This document shows, piece by piece, positions 17,774 to 27,538 of a DNA stretch of 55,174 nucleotides. The stretch is from an uncultured Desulfobacteraceae bacterium. Its GTDB lineage: Bacteria > Desulfobacterota > Desulfobacteria > Desulfobacterales > CAZHA01. The DNA lies in assembly GCA_964572695.1 (NCBI GenBank), contig CAZNFS010000001.1, positions 1-55,174 on the forward strand, in the 5' to 3' direction. Position numbers and translations under genes: made by a program. Position 1 is the first letter of the stretch. Each line of letters opens with the position of its first letter. The notes below the pieces were generated by a model. It saw only the letters and a program-made list of their open reading frames with translations, was not told the origin of the DNA and did not search any database.

Positions 17774-20644
17774 ATGGACAGCGAAACATCTTTGTATAAT
17801 AGCAAAATCATAAAGATTTATCTGGAATACCTCAATAAGCATTATCCCGATACCGAGATTGATTCCGTTTTAGGGTATGCCGGTATTACCAAATATGAGG
17901 TGGAGGATTCATCGCACTGGTTTAGCCAACGCCAGGTTGATCGGTTTTATAAAATCCTGGTTGGAAAGACAAATAATCCCAATATTGCCCGGGAGGCAGG
18001 ACGTTTCGCGGCTTCATCCGAAGGGCTGGGTGCGGCAAAGCAATACGTTTTGGGATTAATGAGTCTGCCGACAATCTATTTATTGATGGGGCGGGTTTAT
18101 CCCATTTTTAGTCGAGGTTCGACGGTCAAAGCAAAAAAGCTGGGTTCTAATAAGATTGAAATTATCTCGACACCCAAAACAGGGATCAACGAAAAACCCT
18201 ATCAATGCGAGAACCGGATCGGAAGTTTTGAAGCGATTGGAAAATTGTTCACGGACCAGTATGCCAGCTTGGAACACCCCGGATGTATCCACGCGGGCGA
18301 TGAATATTGCCGCTACATCGTGACCTGGGAAAAGACCGCCTTTTCCACCTGGAAAAGGATCCGCAATTTTATTATCTTATTGAGTATACTCCTGTCAGGC
18401 GCGCTTCTGTTCACAGTACCCTTCATGACCTGGATCCTGATATTTGAGCTGTGTGGAATTTTGATTCTGACCGTCGCATGCTATACCATGCACCTGGAAA
18501 AAAAGAATCTTACCAAAACAGTTGAAACACAGGGCAATGCGGCTGAGGATTTACTGGATGAGATGAATATCCGCTATCAAAATGCGTTACTGACCCAGGA
18601 GATCGGGCAGGCGACTTCGACGCTGCTCGATATCAATGTGCTCATAAGGACGGTTCTATCGATTATGAAAAAGCATCTTGATTTTGACCGCGGCATGGTC
18701 ATGATTGCCGACAAGGAAAAGAGGCAATTGGTTTATGCTGCAGGATATGGTTACGATCAGGAAAAAGAAGCACTTCTACAAAAAACCGAGTTTCATCTTG
18801 ACAAGCCTGAAGCCAAAGGGCTGTTCGTTTTGGCTTTTAAAGGACAGGATCCCTATCTGGTAAATGATATTGTCGAAATTGAGAGCAGCTTTTCCAAAAG
18901 AAGTCAGGATTTAATTCAAAAAATGGGGGTTCAGGCACTTATTTGTGTGCCAATTGTTTATGAAGGAAAGTCCCTCGGGATTTTAACCGTAGACAATGTC
19001 GAGTCGAAAAGACCGCTTACCAAAAGTGACATGAATCTTTTAATGGGAGTCGCGTCGCAGACAGCCGCCAGCATTACCAACGCGACATCCTTTTGGAGAT
19101 TGCAGGAGAGCGAGAAGAAGTATCGCGATCTTGTGGAGAATGCCAACAGCATCATTCTGCGTACGGACTCAACGGGAAGTCTCACTTTTTTTAATGAATA
19201 TGCTCAAAATTTTTTTGGTTACGCTGAAAAAGAAATAATGGGTAAAAATGTAATTGGGAGTATTCTTCCGGACACCGGAGCGGTGAGAGACGATTTGCGC
19301 AAGCGCATGAGAATTCTTAGACGCAACCCGGAGCGACAGCTCGTCAGTGAAAATAAAAGCATACTTAAAAATGGTGATTCGGTCTGGATTGCATGGACGT
19401 ACAAACCGATATTCAGCAAAGGGGAGTTTGCCGAAACCCTCTGTATCGGCAATGACATAACCGAACTCAAAAAGGCGGATCAGGAGAGAGAGGTCCTGGA
19501 AGTTCAACTGCAACAAGCTCAAAAAATGGAGGCCATCGGAACACTGGCGGGAGGAATCGCGCATGACTTCAACAATATCCTTTCAGCCATTATCGGTTAT
19601 GCCGAAATCTCCATCGATGACGTCCCCGAAGGGAGCTTGCTGCAGGACAACCTGCAAGGCGTGCTCACCGCCGGATATCGAGCAAGCGATCTCATAAAGC
19701 AGATTCTTACCTTCAGTCGCCAAACCAAGCATGAACAAAAGCCGGTCAACGTCAAAGCAATCGTGAAAGAGGCTCTAAAGCTGATCAAAGCCTCGTTGCC
19801 GGCAACGATTGAAATACGACAGAACATTCAAAGTGAGGCCATTGTAATGGCGGATCCGACCCAGATTCATCAAATTTTGATGAATCTGTGTACCAACGCC
19901 GACCATGCCATGCGTGAGACAGGCGGCGTATTGGATATCAGCCTTAAAAAGGTGAAACTCGATTCTAAGTTTACGGTTCAGTATCCCGATTTGAATCCCG
20001 GTTCGTATTGTCAACTCACTGTAAGCGATGACGGTAAGGGTATGAGCCACAAAGTAAAGGAGCGCATTTTTGAGCCTTTTTATACGACCACGGCACGCGG
20101 TGAGGGAACCGGTATGGGCCTTTCGGTGATTCATGGTATCGTAAAAGAGTATAAGGGTACTATAACTGTTGAAAGCGAGCGGGGAAAGGGTTCCAGCTTC
20201 AGTGTCTATTTCCCGATCGTAGAGAGAGAGGAAGAGGAAACAAAGAAATCGGGAAAAAAGATACCCAAAGGCCAGGAACGTATTCTTTTCATCGATGATG
20301 ATAAGACGATAGTGAAAGTGGCGGAGCAGATCCTAAAGCGTCTCGGATATAACGTGACGGTCAAAACGCGTGCCATGGAGGCCCTGGAGTTGTTTCGGAA
20401 ACAGCCCCACAAATTCGATCTCGTTATCTCCGACATGATCATGCCCAAGGTAACCGGAGATATACTGGCGCGTGAGCTTACGGTTATCCGTCCAGACATC
20501 CCCATCATCATTTGCACCGGGTTTCCTTCAAAGATTACGGATGAGAAGGCAAAGGCCATGCCCATCAAGGCATTGCTCAAAAAGCCGATCAGCAAGCAAA
20601 AAATCGCCGAAGCAGTTCGAAATGTGTTGGACGGGAACCAGTAG
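17774..20644 (+). CDS. Hybrid sensor histidine kinase (N-terminal cytoplasmic sensor domain - 2 TM - GAF - PAS - HisKA - HATPase_c - REC)
   Basis: H-box AHDFNNILSAI, N/G boxes (NLCTNADHAM, GTGMGLSV), receiver ILFIDDD...DLVISDMIMP. The ORF opens at GTG 17735 and the first ATG is 17774, so the start is uncertain. Confidence 0.85.
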   Translation: MDSETSLYNSKIIKIYLEYLNKHYPDTEIDSVLGYAGITKYEVEDSSHWFSQRQVDRFYKILVGKTNNPNIAREAGRFAASSEGLGAAKQYVLGLMSLPTIYLLMGRVYPIFSRGSTVKAKKLGSNKIEIISTPKTGINEKPYQCENRIGSFEAIGKLFTDQYASLEHPGCIHAGDEYCRYIVTWEKTAFSTWKRIRNFIILLSILLSGALLFTVPFMTWILIFELCGILILTVACYTMHLEKKNLTKTVETQGNAAEDLLDEMNIRYQNALLTQEIGQATSTLLDINVLIRTVLSIMKKHLDFDRGMVMIADKEKRQLVYAAGYGYDQEKEALLQKTEFHLDKPEAKGLFVLAFKGQDPYLVNDIVEIESSFSKRSQDLIQKMGVQALICVPIVYEGKSLGILTVDNVESKRPLTKSDMNLLMGVASQTAASITNATSFWRLQESEKKYRDLVENANSIILRTDSTGSLTFFNEYAQNFFGYAEKEIMGKNVIGSILPDTGAVRDDLRKRMRILRRNPERQLVSENKSILKNGDSVWIAWTYKPIFSKGEFAETLCIGNDITELKKADQEREVLEVQLQQAQKMEAIGTLAGGIAHDFNNILSAIIGYAEISIDDVPEGSLLQDNLQGVLTAGYRASDLIKQILTFSRQTKHEQKPVNVKAIVKEALKLIKASLPATIEIRQNIQSEAIVMADPTQIHQILMNLCTNADHAMRETGGVLDISLKKVKLDSKFTVQYPDLNPGSYCQLTVSDDGKGMSHKVKERIFEPFYTTTARGEGTGMGLSVIHGIVKEYKGTITVESERGKGSSFSVYFPIVEREEEETKKSGKKIPKGQERILFIDDDKTIVKVAEQILKRLGYNVTVKTRAMEALELFRKQPHKFDLVISDMIMPKVTGDILARELTVIRPDIPIIICTGFPSKITDEKAKAMPIKALLKKPISKQKIAEAVRNVLDGNQ

Positions 20645-20701
20645 ACAACCCCTGAGTCAGGTTATTAAAAAGGAGGAAAGGCCGGGATTGGATGGAGTGG
20701 T

Positions 20702-21523
20702 TTAGGACGGTAACGGTTTTATCCCTTTGCACAGAATTAAAGGGGTGTAGGTAAACCGCCTGGGATCCAGAAAGAATTTTTCAAAATCCGCTAGAAAGGT
20801 ATCAAGTCCGCCGGTGTATTCCCTAAACAGGTCTTTGGTTTTGGACGAAATGACATGACCTTTTTTAAGCCAGTTGAATACATCGGCCTCCTTTATTTTT
20901 CCATAGAACAAGTGGTGTGCAGAAAGGTCTAATTCAATATTCGTATAGTTCTGATCATAAAGATACGCGTATAGCTTCCTTCCGGCATAGGGATCAAAGT
21001 TGTATTTTTCTTCAAGCACAGAAATGATCCCAAAGAGCATCCGTTCCATCTCAGGCGGCATTTCGTAATGACTAAGGCAGTTGTGGTCAAGATCGATGAG
21101 ACAGAGATACCCCCCCGGTTTCAAACACAAACTGAGGTTTTTTACAATATCAGCGGCTTCGGCCCGGAAGTACTCCAAAATAAAGCGCACCCATATTAAA
21201 TCGAAACGATCGGTTTCTGGTAAAGGCTTTTTCAGATCGTGAACTCGAAAATCAATCCCCGGCTTTTGGCCGTATTGCTGTTTAGCGAATCGAATCCTTT
21301 CCTCTGAAAAGTCGATCCCCAGAATTTGGCCGCCGGGCTGAATCATTTCATACAGGATGGAGGTGGTCTTGCCGGGGCCGCACCCGGCATCAAGGACCCG
21401 AATTCCAGGCCTTACGCCGCACCATAACGCGTCTTTCCGTACCGCCCCAGGATCGGTCTTGACTTCTAGGCGAATGGCCTCTTCAATGTTTTCCATTAAG
21501 TAAAAAGCAGATCGGTCTTGCAT
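20702..21523 (-). CDS. Class I SAM-dependent methyltransferase
   Basis: Motif I VLDAGCGPGKTT, 273 aa. Confidence 0.75.
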   Translation of the reverse strand: MQDRSAFYLMENIEEAIRLEVKTDPGAVRKDALWCGVRPGIRVLDAGCGPGKTTSILYEMIQPGGQILGIDFSEERIRFAKQQYGQKPGIDFRVHDLKKPLPETDRFDLIWVRFILEYFRAEAADIVKNLSLCLKPGGYLCLIDLDHNCLSHYEMPPEMERMLFGIISVLEEKYNFDPYAGRKLYAYLYDQNYTNIELDLSAHHLFYGKIKEADVFNWLKKGHVISSKTKDLFREYTGGLDTFLADFEKFFLDPRRFTYTPLILCKGIKPLPS

Positions 21524-21613
21524 ATTTTTCTCATTTCCTGAAAATATTTGTTCGAGAATCTATATCAATCCAGCTCAACTTGAGGAGTTCAGACAATCCC
21601 CAAGCACTCTTTT

Positions 21614-22777
21614 TTAGCCAAGAAGCTTGAGCGCGATATGGGCGAAAGTTTCCACGCCCAGAGGTAAAACATCTTCATTAAAATCGAATCCGGGATTGTG
21701 AACCGAAACCCGTCCTTCGTGTCCTACACCAAGGGCGAAAAAACAACCGGCGGCCTTCTGTAAGAAATAGGCAAAATCCTCGCCCCCCATGGTTTGAGGC
21801 GGGTCAAGCACCAGCTCGTTGCCTACCACTTCGGCCGCACATTGGCTAACGATCTCCGACATGGATTCGTCATTTATGGTCGGCGGGTAGCCCTGGGTAA
21901 ATTGAAAATCAAAGCCAGCCCCCATCGATTCACACACCCCCTGAATGACCTGTCTCAGTCTTTTCTCCCATGTATGCCAGATGTTTTCGTCAAAGGTGCG
22001 GGTGGTGCCGCTCAATTCGGCTTCGGCCGGGATAATATTAAAGGCGCTGCCGGCATGAAAACTCCCGATGGTCACCACCGATGGCTGCAGAGGGTTTATG
22101 TGCCTGCTGACGATACGCTGTAACGCTCCGACGACCTGTGTTCCCACTTCCAATGCATCCAAACAGAGATGCGGCATGGCGCCATGCCCTCCATGTCCGA
22201 CAATCTTGAGATCAAAGCGATCCATGGCGGCCATGAAGGAGCCGGCTTTAACGCCAATCGTCCCTTCCGGAATCTCGGGCCACAGGTGACAGCCGACACA
22301 ATAGTCCACGTGCGGATTTTCCATCACACCGGCTTCTATCATGGGCTTGGCGCCGCCGGGGCCTTCCTCTGCCGGTTGGAAAAGGAATTTGATATTTCCG
22401 TTAAGATCGTCCTTAAATGTGTTTAAAGCGGTTGCCGCGCCCAAGACCATGGCCATATGGGCATCGTGTCCGCAGGCATGCATTACGCCGGCATGTTTTG
22501 ATGCAAAAGGAAGCCCGGTGGCTTCAGCCAACGGAAGCGCATCCATATCCGCCCGCACGAGTAAGGTCGGTCCCTCGCGTTGGGTCTGCAACAATCCGAC
22601 GACACCGTTTTCGGCAATACCGGTCTGCACTTCAAGGCCCTCGCGGTTTAAATATTCCGTGACATAGGCGGCGGTTTTTTTCTCGGTATAGGCTGTTTCC
22701 GGAATTTGATGTAAGTCGCGGCGTGTTTTTATGATCAGATCTTTGTGTTTGTGGATCAATCGGCGAATATCGTTCAT
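21614..22777 (-). CDS. M20-family amidohydrolase (N-acyl-L-amino-acid amidohydrolase / hippurate-hydrolase type)
   Basis: HACGHDAH metal-binding motif and FQPAEEGPGGAKPMIE, 387 aa. Confidence 0.8.
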   Translation of the reverse strand: MNDIRRLIHKHKDLIIKTRRDLHQIPETAYTEKKTAAYVTEYLNREGLEVQTGIAENGVVGLLQTQREGPTLLVRADMDALPLAEATGLPFASKHAGVMHACGHDAHMAMVLGAATALNTFKDDLNGNIKFLFQPAEEGPGGAKPMIEAGVMENPHVDYCVGCHLWPEIPEGTIGVKAGSFMAAMDRFDLKIVGHGGHGAMPHLCLDALEVGTQVVGALQRIVSRHINPLQPSVVTIGSFHAGSAFNIIPAEAELSGTTRTFDENIWHTWEKRLRQVIQGVCESMGAGFDFQFTQGYPPTINDESMSEIVSQCAAEVVGNELVLDPPQTMGGEDFAYFLQKAAGCFFALGVGHEGRVSVHNPGFDFNEDVLPLGVETFAHIALKLLG

Positions 22778-22925
22778 TTTAAGGCCCTCACTTTCGTTTT
22801 ATCGTTTTGGATTCGAATTTGTTTCAAAATTAGATATTCGGAGTTAGTCCGAACCGGATATTTTGTTCAGGCACTGTGTAGCAGGATTTGTAAATTTTTA
22901 AAAGAAGCAAAATCGATATAGATAA

Positions 22926-23135
22926 ATCGATCGCCTATTGACACGCCTGCCCTGGCGGCCCTGTCAGATGGGAATGATGGAGCAGCTGTCCCTGTCGCGC
23001 TTTTCCGGTCCGTTACCGTTGAGCCAGAGCATTCTGGTCGTGCTGCCGTATATCATCTGTCTGGTAGCCGTCACAATGGTTTGTTGCGGGATATCGTATA
23101 CGATCTTTATGCGGCAGGAGATTCGATCTCTTTAA
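22926..23135 (+). pseudogene. Possible 3' remnant of an ABC-2-type permease gene
   Basis: Open frame with no credible start or RBS. It encodes ...SQSILVVLPYIICLVAVTMVCCGISYTIFMRQEIRSL, which from memory resembles the C-terminal TM helix and tail of ABC-2 permeases. It is an isolated GC-rich patch in AT-rich intergenic DNA. Confidence 0.3.
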
Positions 23136-24904
23136 GCTCTGCTATACTCCTCGTTGCAAACTCCGCAAAGTGTGCATTTTTCAAGGGGACAGGCCGGAGA
23201 CGTCCGTCCGTCTAAAGCATTTTGATACTCTTTTTTTAAAAAAGCGCTTTTCAGGCCATGATCGATAAAATCCCACGGCAACAATTCATCCAAAGCGCGC
23301 TCGCGCAGGACGTAAAAATCAGCGTTTACAGGAGACTCCTTGAGGGTTTTGGCCCAGTTACCCTTATTGCGGTGGACCAGGGCTAAAATATGGGCTACTT
23401 TTCGATCCCCCCGGGCCAATAGACCCTGAACATTAGCCCAACGGGGAATATCGGCGTGCACGCGAACGTTGGCCACTCTTTTTAGTCCCTGTTTGACTCT
23501 TTTTATCTTATTTTTAAGCTGACGAACATCATCCATGGCGACCCACTGAAAGGGGGTAAAAGGTTTGGGGACGAAAGAATTAAGGCTAACCGTTATTTCA
23601 CCGATACGCTTGCGGGCCCTGCTGGATTTGAGAAATAGGTGCTTTACCCGTTTGCACAGGGCCACGATGGCGTCGACATCGTATAAAGTCTCCGTGGGCA
23701 GGCCGACCATAAAATAGAGTCTTAAATTAGGGATCCCGTTTAAAACCAATCGTTCAACGGCATCCAGGATGGCCGCCTGGTCGATTCCTTTGTTGATGAC
23801 TCGGCGCATCCGTTCTGACCCGGCATCCGGTGCGATGGAAACGGTTTTTACGTTTCCTTTGCGAAGGAGTTCCAGCAATTCCGGAGAAAGGGCATCGGCT
23901 CGCAGCGAACTGAACGATATTTTGAAATCGGACCCATGCGACCCGTGCATCGAATTCCCCGGGGTATACGCTTGAAGAATCCGATGACACAATTCCCTGA
24001 TTTGCGGAAGATTCGAAACCGCCGCCCCCACAAGACCAAATTTATGGGTTAGATCGGCACCTTTTTGCAGTGAATTAAGAATGGACTCCGAAGTCCGGAA
24101 TCGCGGAGGTCGATAGATAAAGCCGGCGCAACAAAAGCGGCAGCCATGAGGACAACCGCGTGAGGTTTCGATTAAAAAGGTATCGGCGAAGGCCGTTTTT
24201 GGGGTTACAATAGCGCTGTCGGTGGAGCTTTGAGAAAGATCCCGGACATATGTCCGTTTAATTGTAGCAGGAACATCGGCCTGGGGTTCGAAAGTGCGGA
24301 GGGTCCCGTCTGCTTTGTAAGAAACGGAATAAAAGGAAGGTACATATAGGCACGGTATCTGTCGGACCAAGCTTTTCAGGTTTTTTTCACGATTCGCTCC
24401 AGGGTCAAAAAGATCAAAAAAGGCGGCCAGCACGGGTTCGGATTCCCCGATAAAAAAAAGGTCGATAAAAGGGGCCAGCGGTTCGGGATTTAAGAAACAG
24501 GCCACTCCCCCGGCGATGATAAGTGGATGTGAAGCCGGTCTCTGGGAGGTTTTGAAGGGGAGGTTGGCCATTTCAAGAATTGTCAGAATATTGGGATAAT
24601 CGTTTTCAAAAGAAATGGAGAAGGCGATGATATCAAAATCTGAAAGATGCTTGCCGGATTCCAGGGTGACAATCGAGCGATTTTGGGTGGGGCTGTTTTG
24701 CGGCAGAAAAGACCGTTCACAAACGACATGTTTGATCTGGTTAAGTTGCTTGTAAACCGTCTGAAAACCAAGATTCGACATTCCTACGGGGTATGTGTTT
24801 GGGTAGACCAGGGCGACTTTGATTCTATTTGCCCAGGCTTTGCGAATCAGGCCGATTTCATAAACGGCCGGGTCAGCGTTGGATTTGGCGGGTTTGCATG
24901 ACAT
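23132..24904 (-). CDS. B12-binding-domain radical SAM protein (TIGR03960-like family)
   Basis: N-terminal KVALVYPNTYPVGMSNLGFQTVY, radical SAM cluster ETSRGCPHGCRFCCAG, Cys-rich C-terminus CPLEKCTLCGVC, 590 aa. Confidence 0.8.
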   Translation of the reverse strand: MSCKPAKSNADPAVYEIGLIRKAWANRIKVALVYPNTYPVGMSNLGFQTVYKQLNQIKHVVCERSFLPQNSPTQNRSIVTLESGKHLSDFDIIAFSISFENDYPNILTILEMANLPFKTSQRPASHPLIIAGGVACFLNPEPLAPFIDLFFIGESEPVLAAFFDLFDPGANREKNLKSLVRQIPCLYVPSFYSVSYKADGTLRTFEPQADVPATIKRTYVRDLSQSSTDSAIVTPKTAFADTFLIETSRGCPHGCRFCCAGFIYRPPRFRTSESILNSLQKGADLTHKFGLVGAAVSNLPQIRELCHRILQAYTPGNSMHGSHGSDFKISFSSLRADALSPELLELLRKGNVKTVSIAPDAGSERMRRVINKGIDQAAILDAVERLVLNGIPNLRLYFMVGLPTETLYDVDAIVALCKRVKHLFLKSSRARKRIGEITVSLNSFVPKPFTPFQWVAMDDVRQLKNKIKRVKQGLKRVANVRVHADIPRWANVQGLLARGDRKVAHILALVHRNKGNWAKTLKESPVNADFYVLRERALDELLPWDFIDHGLKSAFLKKEYQNALDGRTSPACPLEKCTLCGVCNEEYSRA

Positions 24905-25005
24905 GTTGGGCGATCGATTGACGATTAAAAGTGAATATAATTAGTACGTGATACTATTCTTTTGCATCATCCAATCGCCTGCCGTCAATAGAAAAACAGG
25001 GGACG

Positions 25006-26190
25006 CTAATCGGCCTTGCGGCGTAAAAATGTGGGGGTGTCTAGGTCATCACTGTCAAGTACAATACCTTTAAAGCCCTGATAATGAGCGGAAGACGATT
25101 CTTCGGTCGCTCTAAGTCTGCGCATATAGGTCGGTTCATCCAAATCAATGGCGCTGTTTACATCAGAGGGGCTAATATCCCGGATTCTTCCTCTCAAGGG
25201 GTTTTCTCCAAGGGGTTCAATTTTAGCGGGTGTGGCCTCCGAACCGATACCGGTGGCAATTACCGTAACGCGCAATTCGGATTCAAGGCTGTCTTCTATA
25301 ACGGTACCCCAGATGATTTCAGCCTCATCACCGACTTCATTATAGATCCGTTCCGAAGCCTCGGTCATTTCTTCCATGGTCAGATCGCTGGCGCTGGTAA
25401 TATTGATCAACACACCTTTGGCCCCGGCAATGGAAATATCTTCCAGCAGGGGATGAGAGATGGCACGTTCGGCCGCTTCGATGGCCCGGTTTTCACCTTG
25501 TCCGATACCAATACCCATAATGGCCATGCCGGCTTTTGACATGGTTGTTCTGACATCGGCAAAGTCGAGATTGACCAGTCCGGGCATGATAATCAGGTCG
25601 GTGATTCCTTTTACCGAGTGGAGCAGGATCTCATCGGCTTTTTTAAACATGTCGATCAATTTGGCATTTTTAGTTGCCAGCCCCCGTAAGCGATCATTGG
25701 GGATCGTGATGACCGTATCTGCCGTCTGCTTCAATTCATTAAGACCTTTTTCGGCCAGCAAAGCCCGTTTGCGGCCTTCAAATGAAAAAGGCTTGGTAAC
25801 GACCGCCACCGTTAGAATACCCATATCTTTACAGACCTTGGCGATCATCGGCGCCGCTCCGGTTCCGGTTCCGCCACCGAGTCCGGCCGTGATAAAAACC
25901 ATATGGCTGCCTTCGAGATTCTGGCGGATACTCTCCTCATTTTCGAGAGCGGCTTCATACCCCACCTGAGGATCTGCTCCGGCGCCGAGTCCTTCGGTCA
26001 ATTTTTCTCCAATTTGGAGCTTAATCGGTGCCTGCGATATTTCCAGCGCCTGGGCATCGGTATTGGCGGCAATGAATTTGACTCCCAGGAGCTTGGATTC
26101 GATCATATTGTTGATCGCGTTTCCACCGGCACCTCCAACACCGATGACTTTGATTTTAGCCGATTTGTCACTGTCAACATAAGTAAACAT
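25006..26190 (-). CDS. ftsZ: Cell division GTPase FtsZ
   Basis: Tubulin signature GGGTGTGAAP. The start was trimmed to the ATG at 26190 behind GAAGGAGG. Confidence 0.95.
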   Translation of the reverse strand: MFTYVDSDKSAKIKVIGVGGAGGNAINNMIESKLLGVKFIAANTDAQALEISQAPIKLQIGEKLTEGLGAGADPQVGYEAALENEESIRQNLEGSHMVFITAGLGGGTGTGAAPMIAKVCKDMGILTVAVVTKPFSFEGRKRALLAEKGLNELKQTADTVITIPNDRLRGLATKNAKLIDMFKKADEILLHSVKGITDLIIMPGLVNLDFADVRTTMSKAGMAIMGIGIGQGENRAIEAAERAISHPLLEDISIAGAKGVLINITSASDLTMEEMTEASERIYNEVGDEAEIIWGTVIEDSLESELRVTVIATGIGSEATPAKIEPLGENPLRGRIRDISPSDVNSAIDLDEPTYMRRLRATEESSSAHYQGFKGIVLDSDDLDTPTFLRRKAD

Positions 26191-26295
26191 ATTACCTCCT
26201 TCTGAAAACTTTGAGCGATTGTTCGTTTGTTGAGCGATCACTGCCAAAGAAACCATTTTTAAAAGCCGCTATATTAATTTGTTATTCATGCTTCA

Positions 26296-27522
26296 TTAAA
26301 TAACATCCTTAAACCATCTTTTCATTTGGGCCATGATGCGGTTGAAGATGTTTGTGTCGCGAATCCTGAATTTTTTTTCGGTTTGGTTACGCGCCCCATA
26401 AATCACCAATCCTACGCCGGTGGCATACATGGGATTATTTACCACATCCACGAGGCCGCTGATGCCCATCGGTTTGCCTAGCCGCGAGGGAACATCCAAG
26501 ATCGCTTCGGCCACCTCCGTGACATCCTGGAGCAGGGCGCCGCCGCCGGTTAAAACCAGCCCCGAAGCGATCAGATTTTCCATCCCGGCCCGATAGATTT
26601 CCCTTTTGATCAGGGAAAGAATTTCTTCCACGCGGGGTTCCAGTATTTCTCCCAGGATTTGCCTGGTAAGCTTTTTGGGTTTACGGCCTCCCATCCCGGG
26701 GACTTCGATGGTTTCATCGGTGCTGATGTTGCGAGCGATGCAGCTTCCATATTTCTTTTTGATTTTTTCAGCCTCAGCAATGGGGGCCCTCAGGCCGATG
26801 GCAATATCATTCGTCAGATTGTTGCCTCCGAGGGACAGAACAAAAGTGTGCTTGATGTTCTTGCCTGAAAAGATCGCCAGATCCGTGGTGCCGCCCCCCA
26901 TGTCCAAAAGCGCAGCACCAAGTTCCTTCTCTTCTTCGGTCAGAACGGCTTCTCCGGAAGCCAGAGATTCCAGCACGATGTCACAAACATCGAGCCCGGT
27001 TCGATTGGCGCACTTAACGATGTTGTGAGCCGAGGTGACGGCTCCGGTAACGATATGTATCTTAGCCTCCAGACGAATACCCGCCATCCCGACCGGGTTC
27101 TGGATTCCGACCTGATCATCAACGATAAATTCCTGAGGCAGAACATGGATGACCTCCCGATCCATGGGGATTGCCACCGCGCGGGCTTGATCGACTACGC
27201 GCTCGACATCATGTTCGGTGATTTCTGACCCCTTAATCGCAATGATGCCGCGGCTGTTGTATCCGGTGATGTGGCCCCCGGCGATACCGGCGTACACCGA
27301 TGAGATCTCACAGCCGGCCATCAATTCCGCCTCTTCCACGGCCTTTTTTATTGATTCCACGGTCGATTCGATGTTTACAACCACTCCTTTGCGCAGACCG
27401 ATGGAAGGGTGCGTGCCAATACCGATAATATTGATTTCATTACGCGATACTTCCCCCACGACGGTACAAATTTTAGTCGTACCGATATCGAGCCCGACGA
27501 TGAGGTTTTCCTTAATTTGCAT
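26296..27522 (-). CDS. ftsA: Cell division protein FtsA
   Basis: Actin-like ATPase (VGLDIGTTKIC, DMGGGTTD). Located between ftsQ and ftsZ. Confidence 0.95.
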   Translation of the reverse strand: MQIKENLIVGLDIGTTKICTVVGEVSRNEINIIGIGTHPSIGLRKGVVVNIESTVESIKKAVEEAELMAGCEISSVYAGIAGGHITGYNSRGIIAIKGSEITEHDVERVVDQARAVAIPMDREVIHVLPQEFIVDDQVGIQNPVGMAGIRLEAKIHIVTGAVTSAHNIVKCANRTGLDVCDIVLESLASGEAVLTEEEKELGAALLDMGGGTTDLAIFSGKNIKHTFVLSLGGNNLTNDIAIGLRAPIAEAEKIKKKYGSCIARNISTDETIEVPGMGGRKPKKLTRQILGEILEPRVEEILSLIKREIYRAGMENLIASGLVLTGGGALLQDVTEVAEAILDVPSRLGKPMGISGLVDVVNNPMYATGVGLVIYGARNQTEKKFRIRDTNIFNRIMAQMKRWFKDVI

Positions 27523-27538
27523 AGCACTCCTCCTTTGT

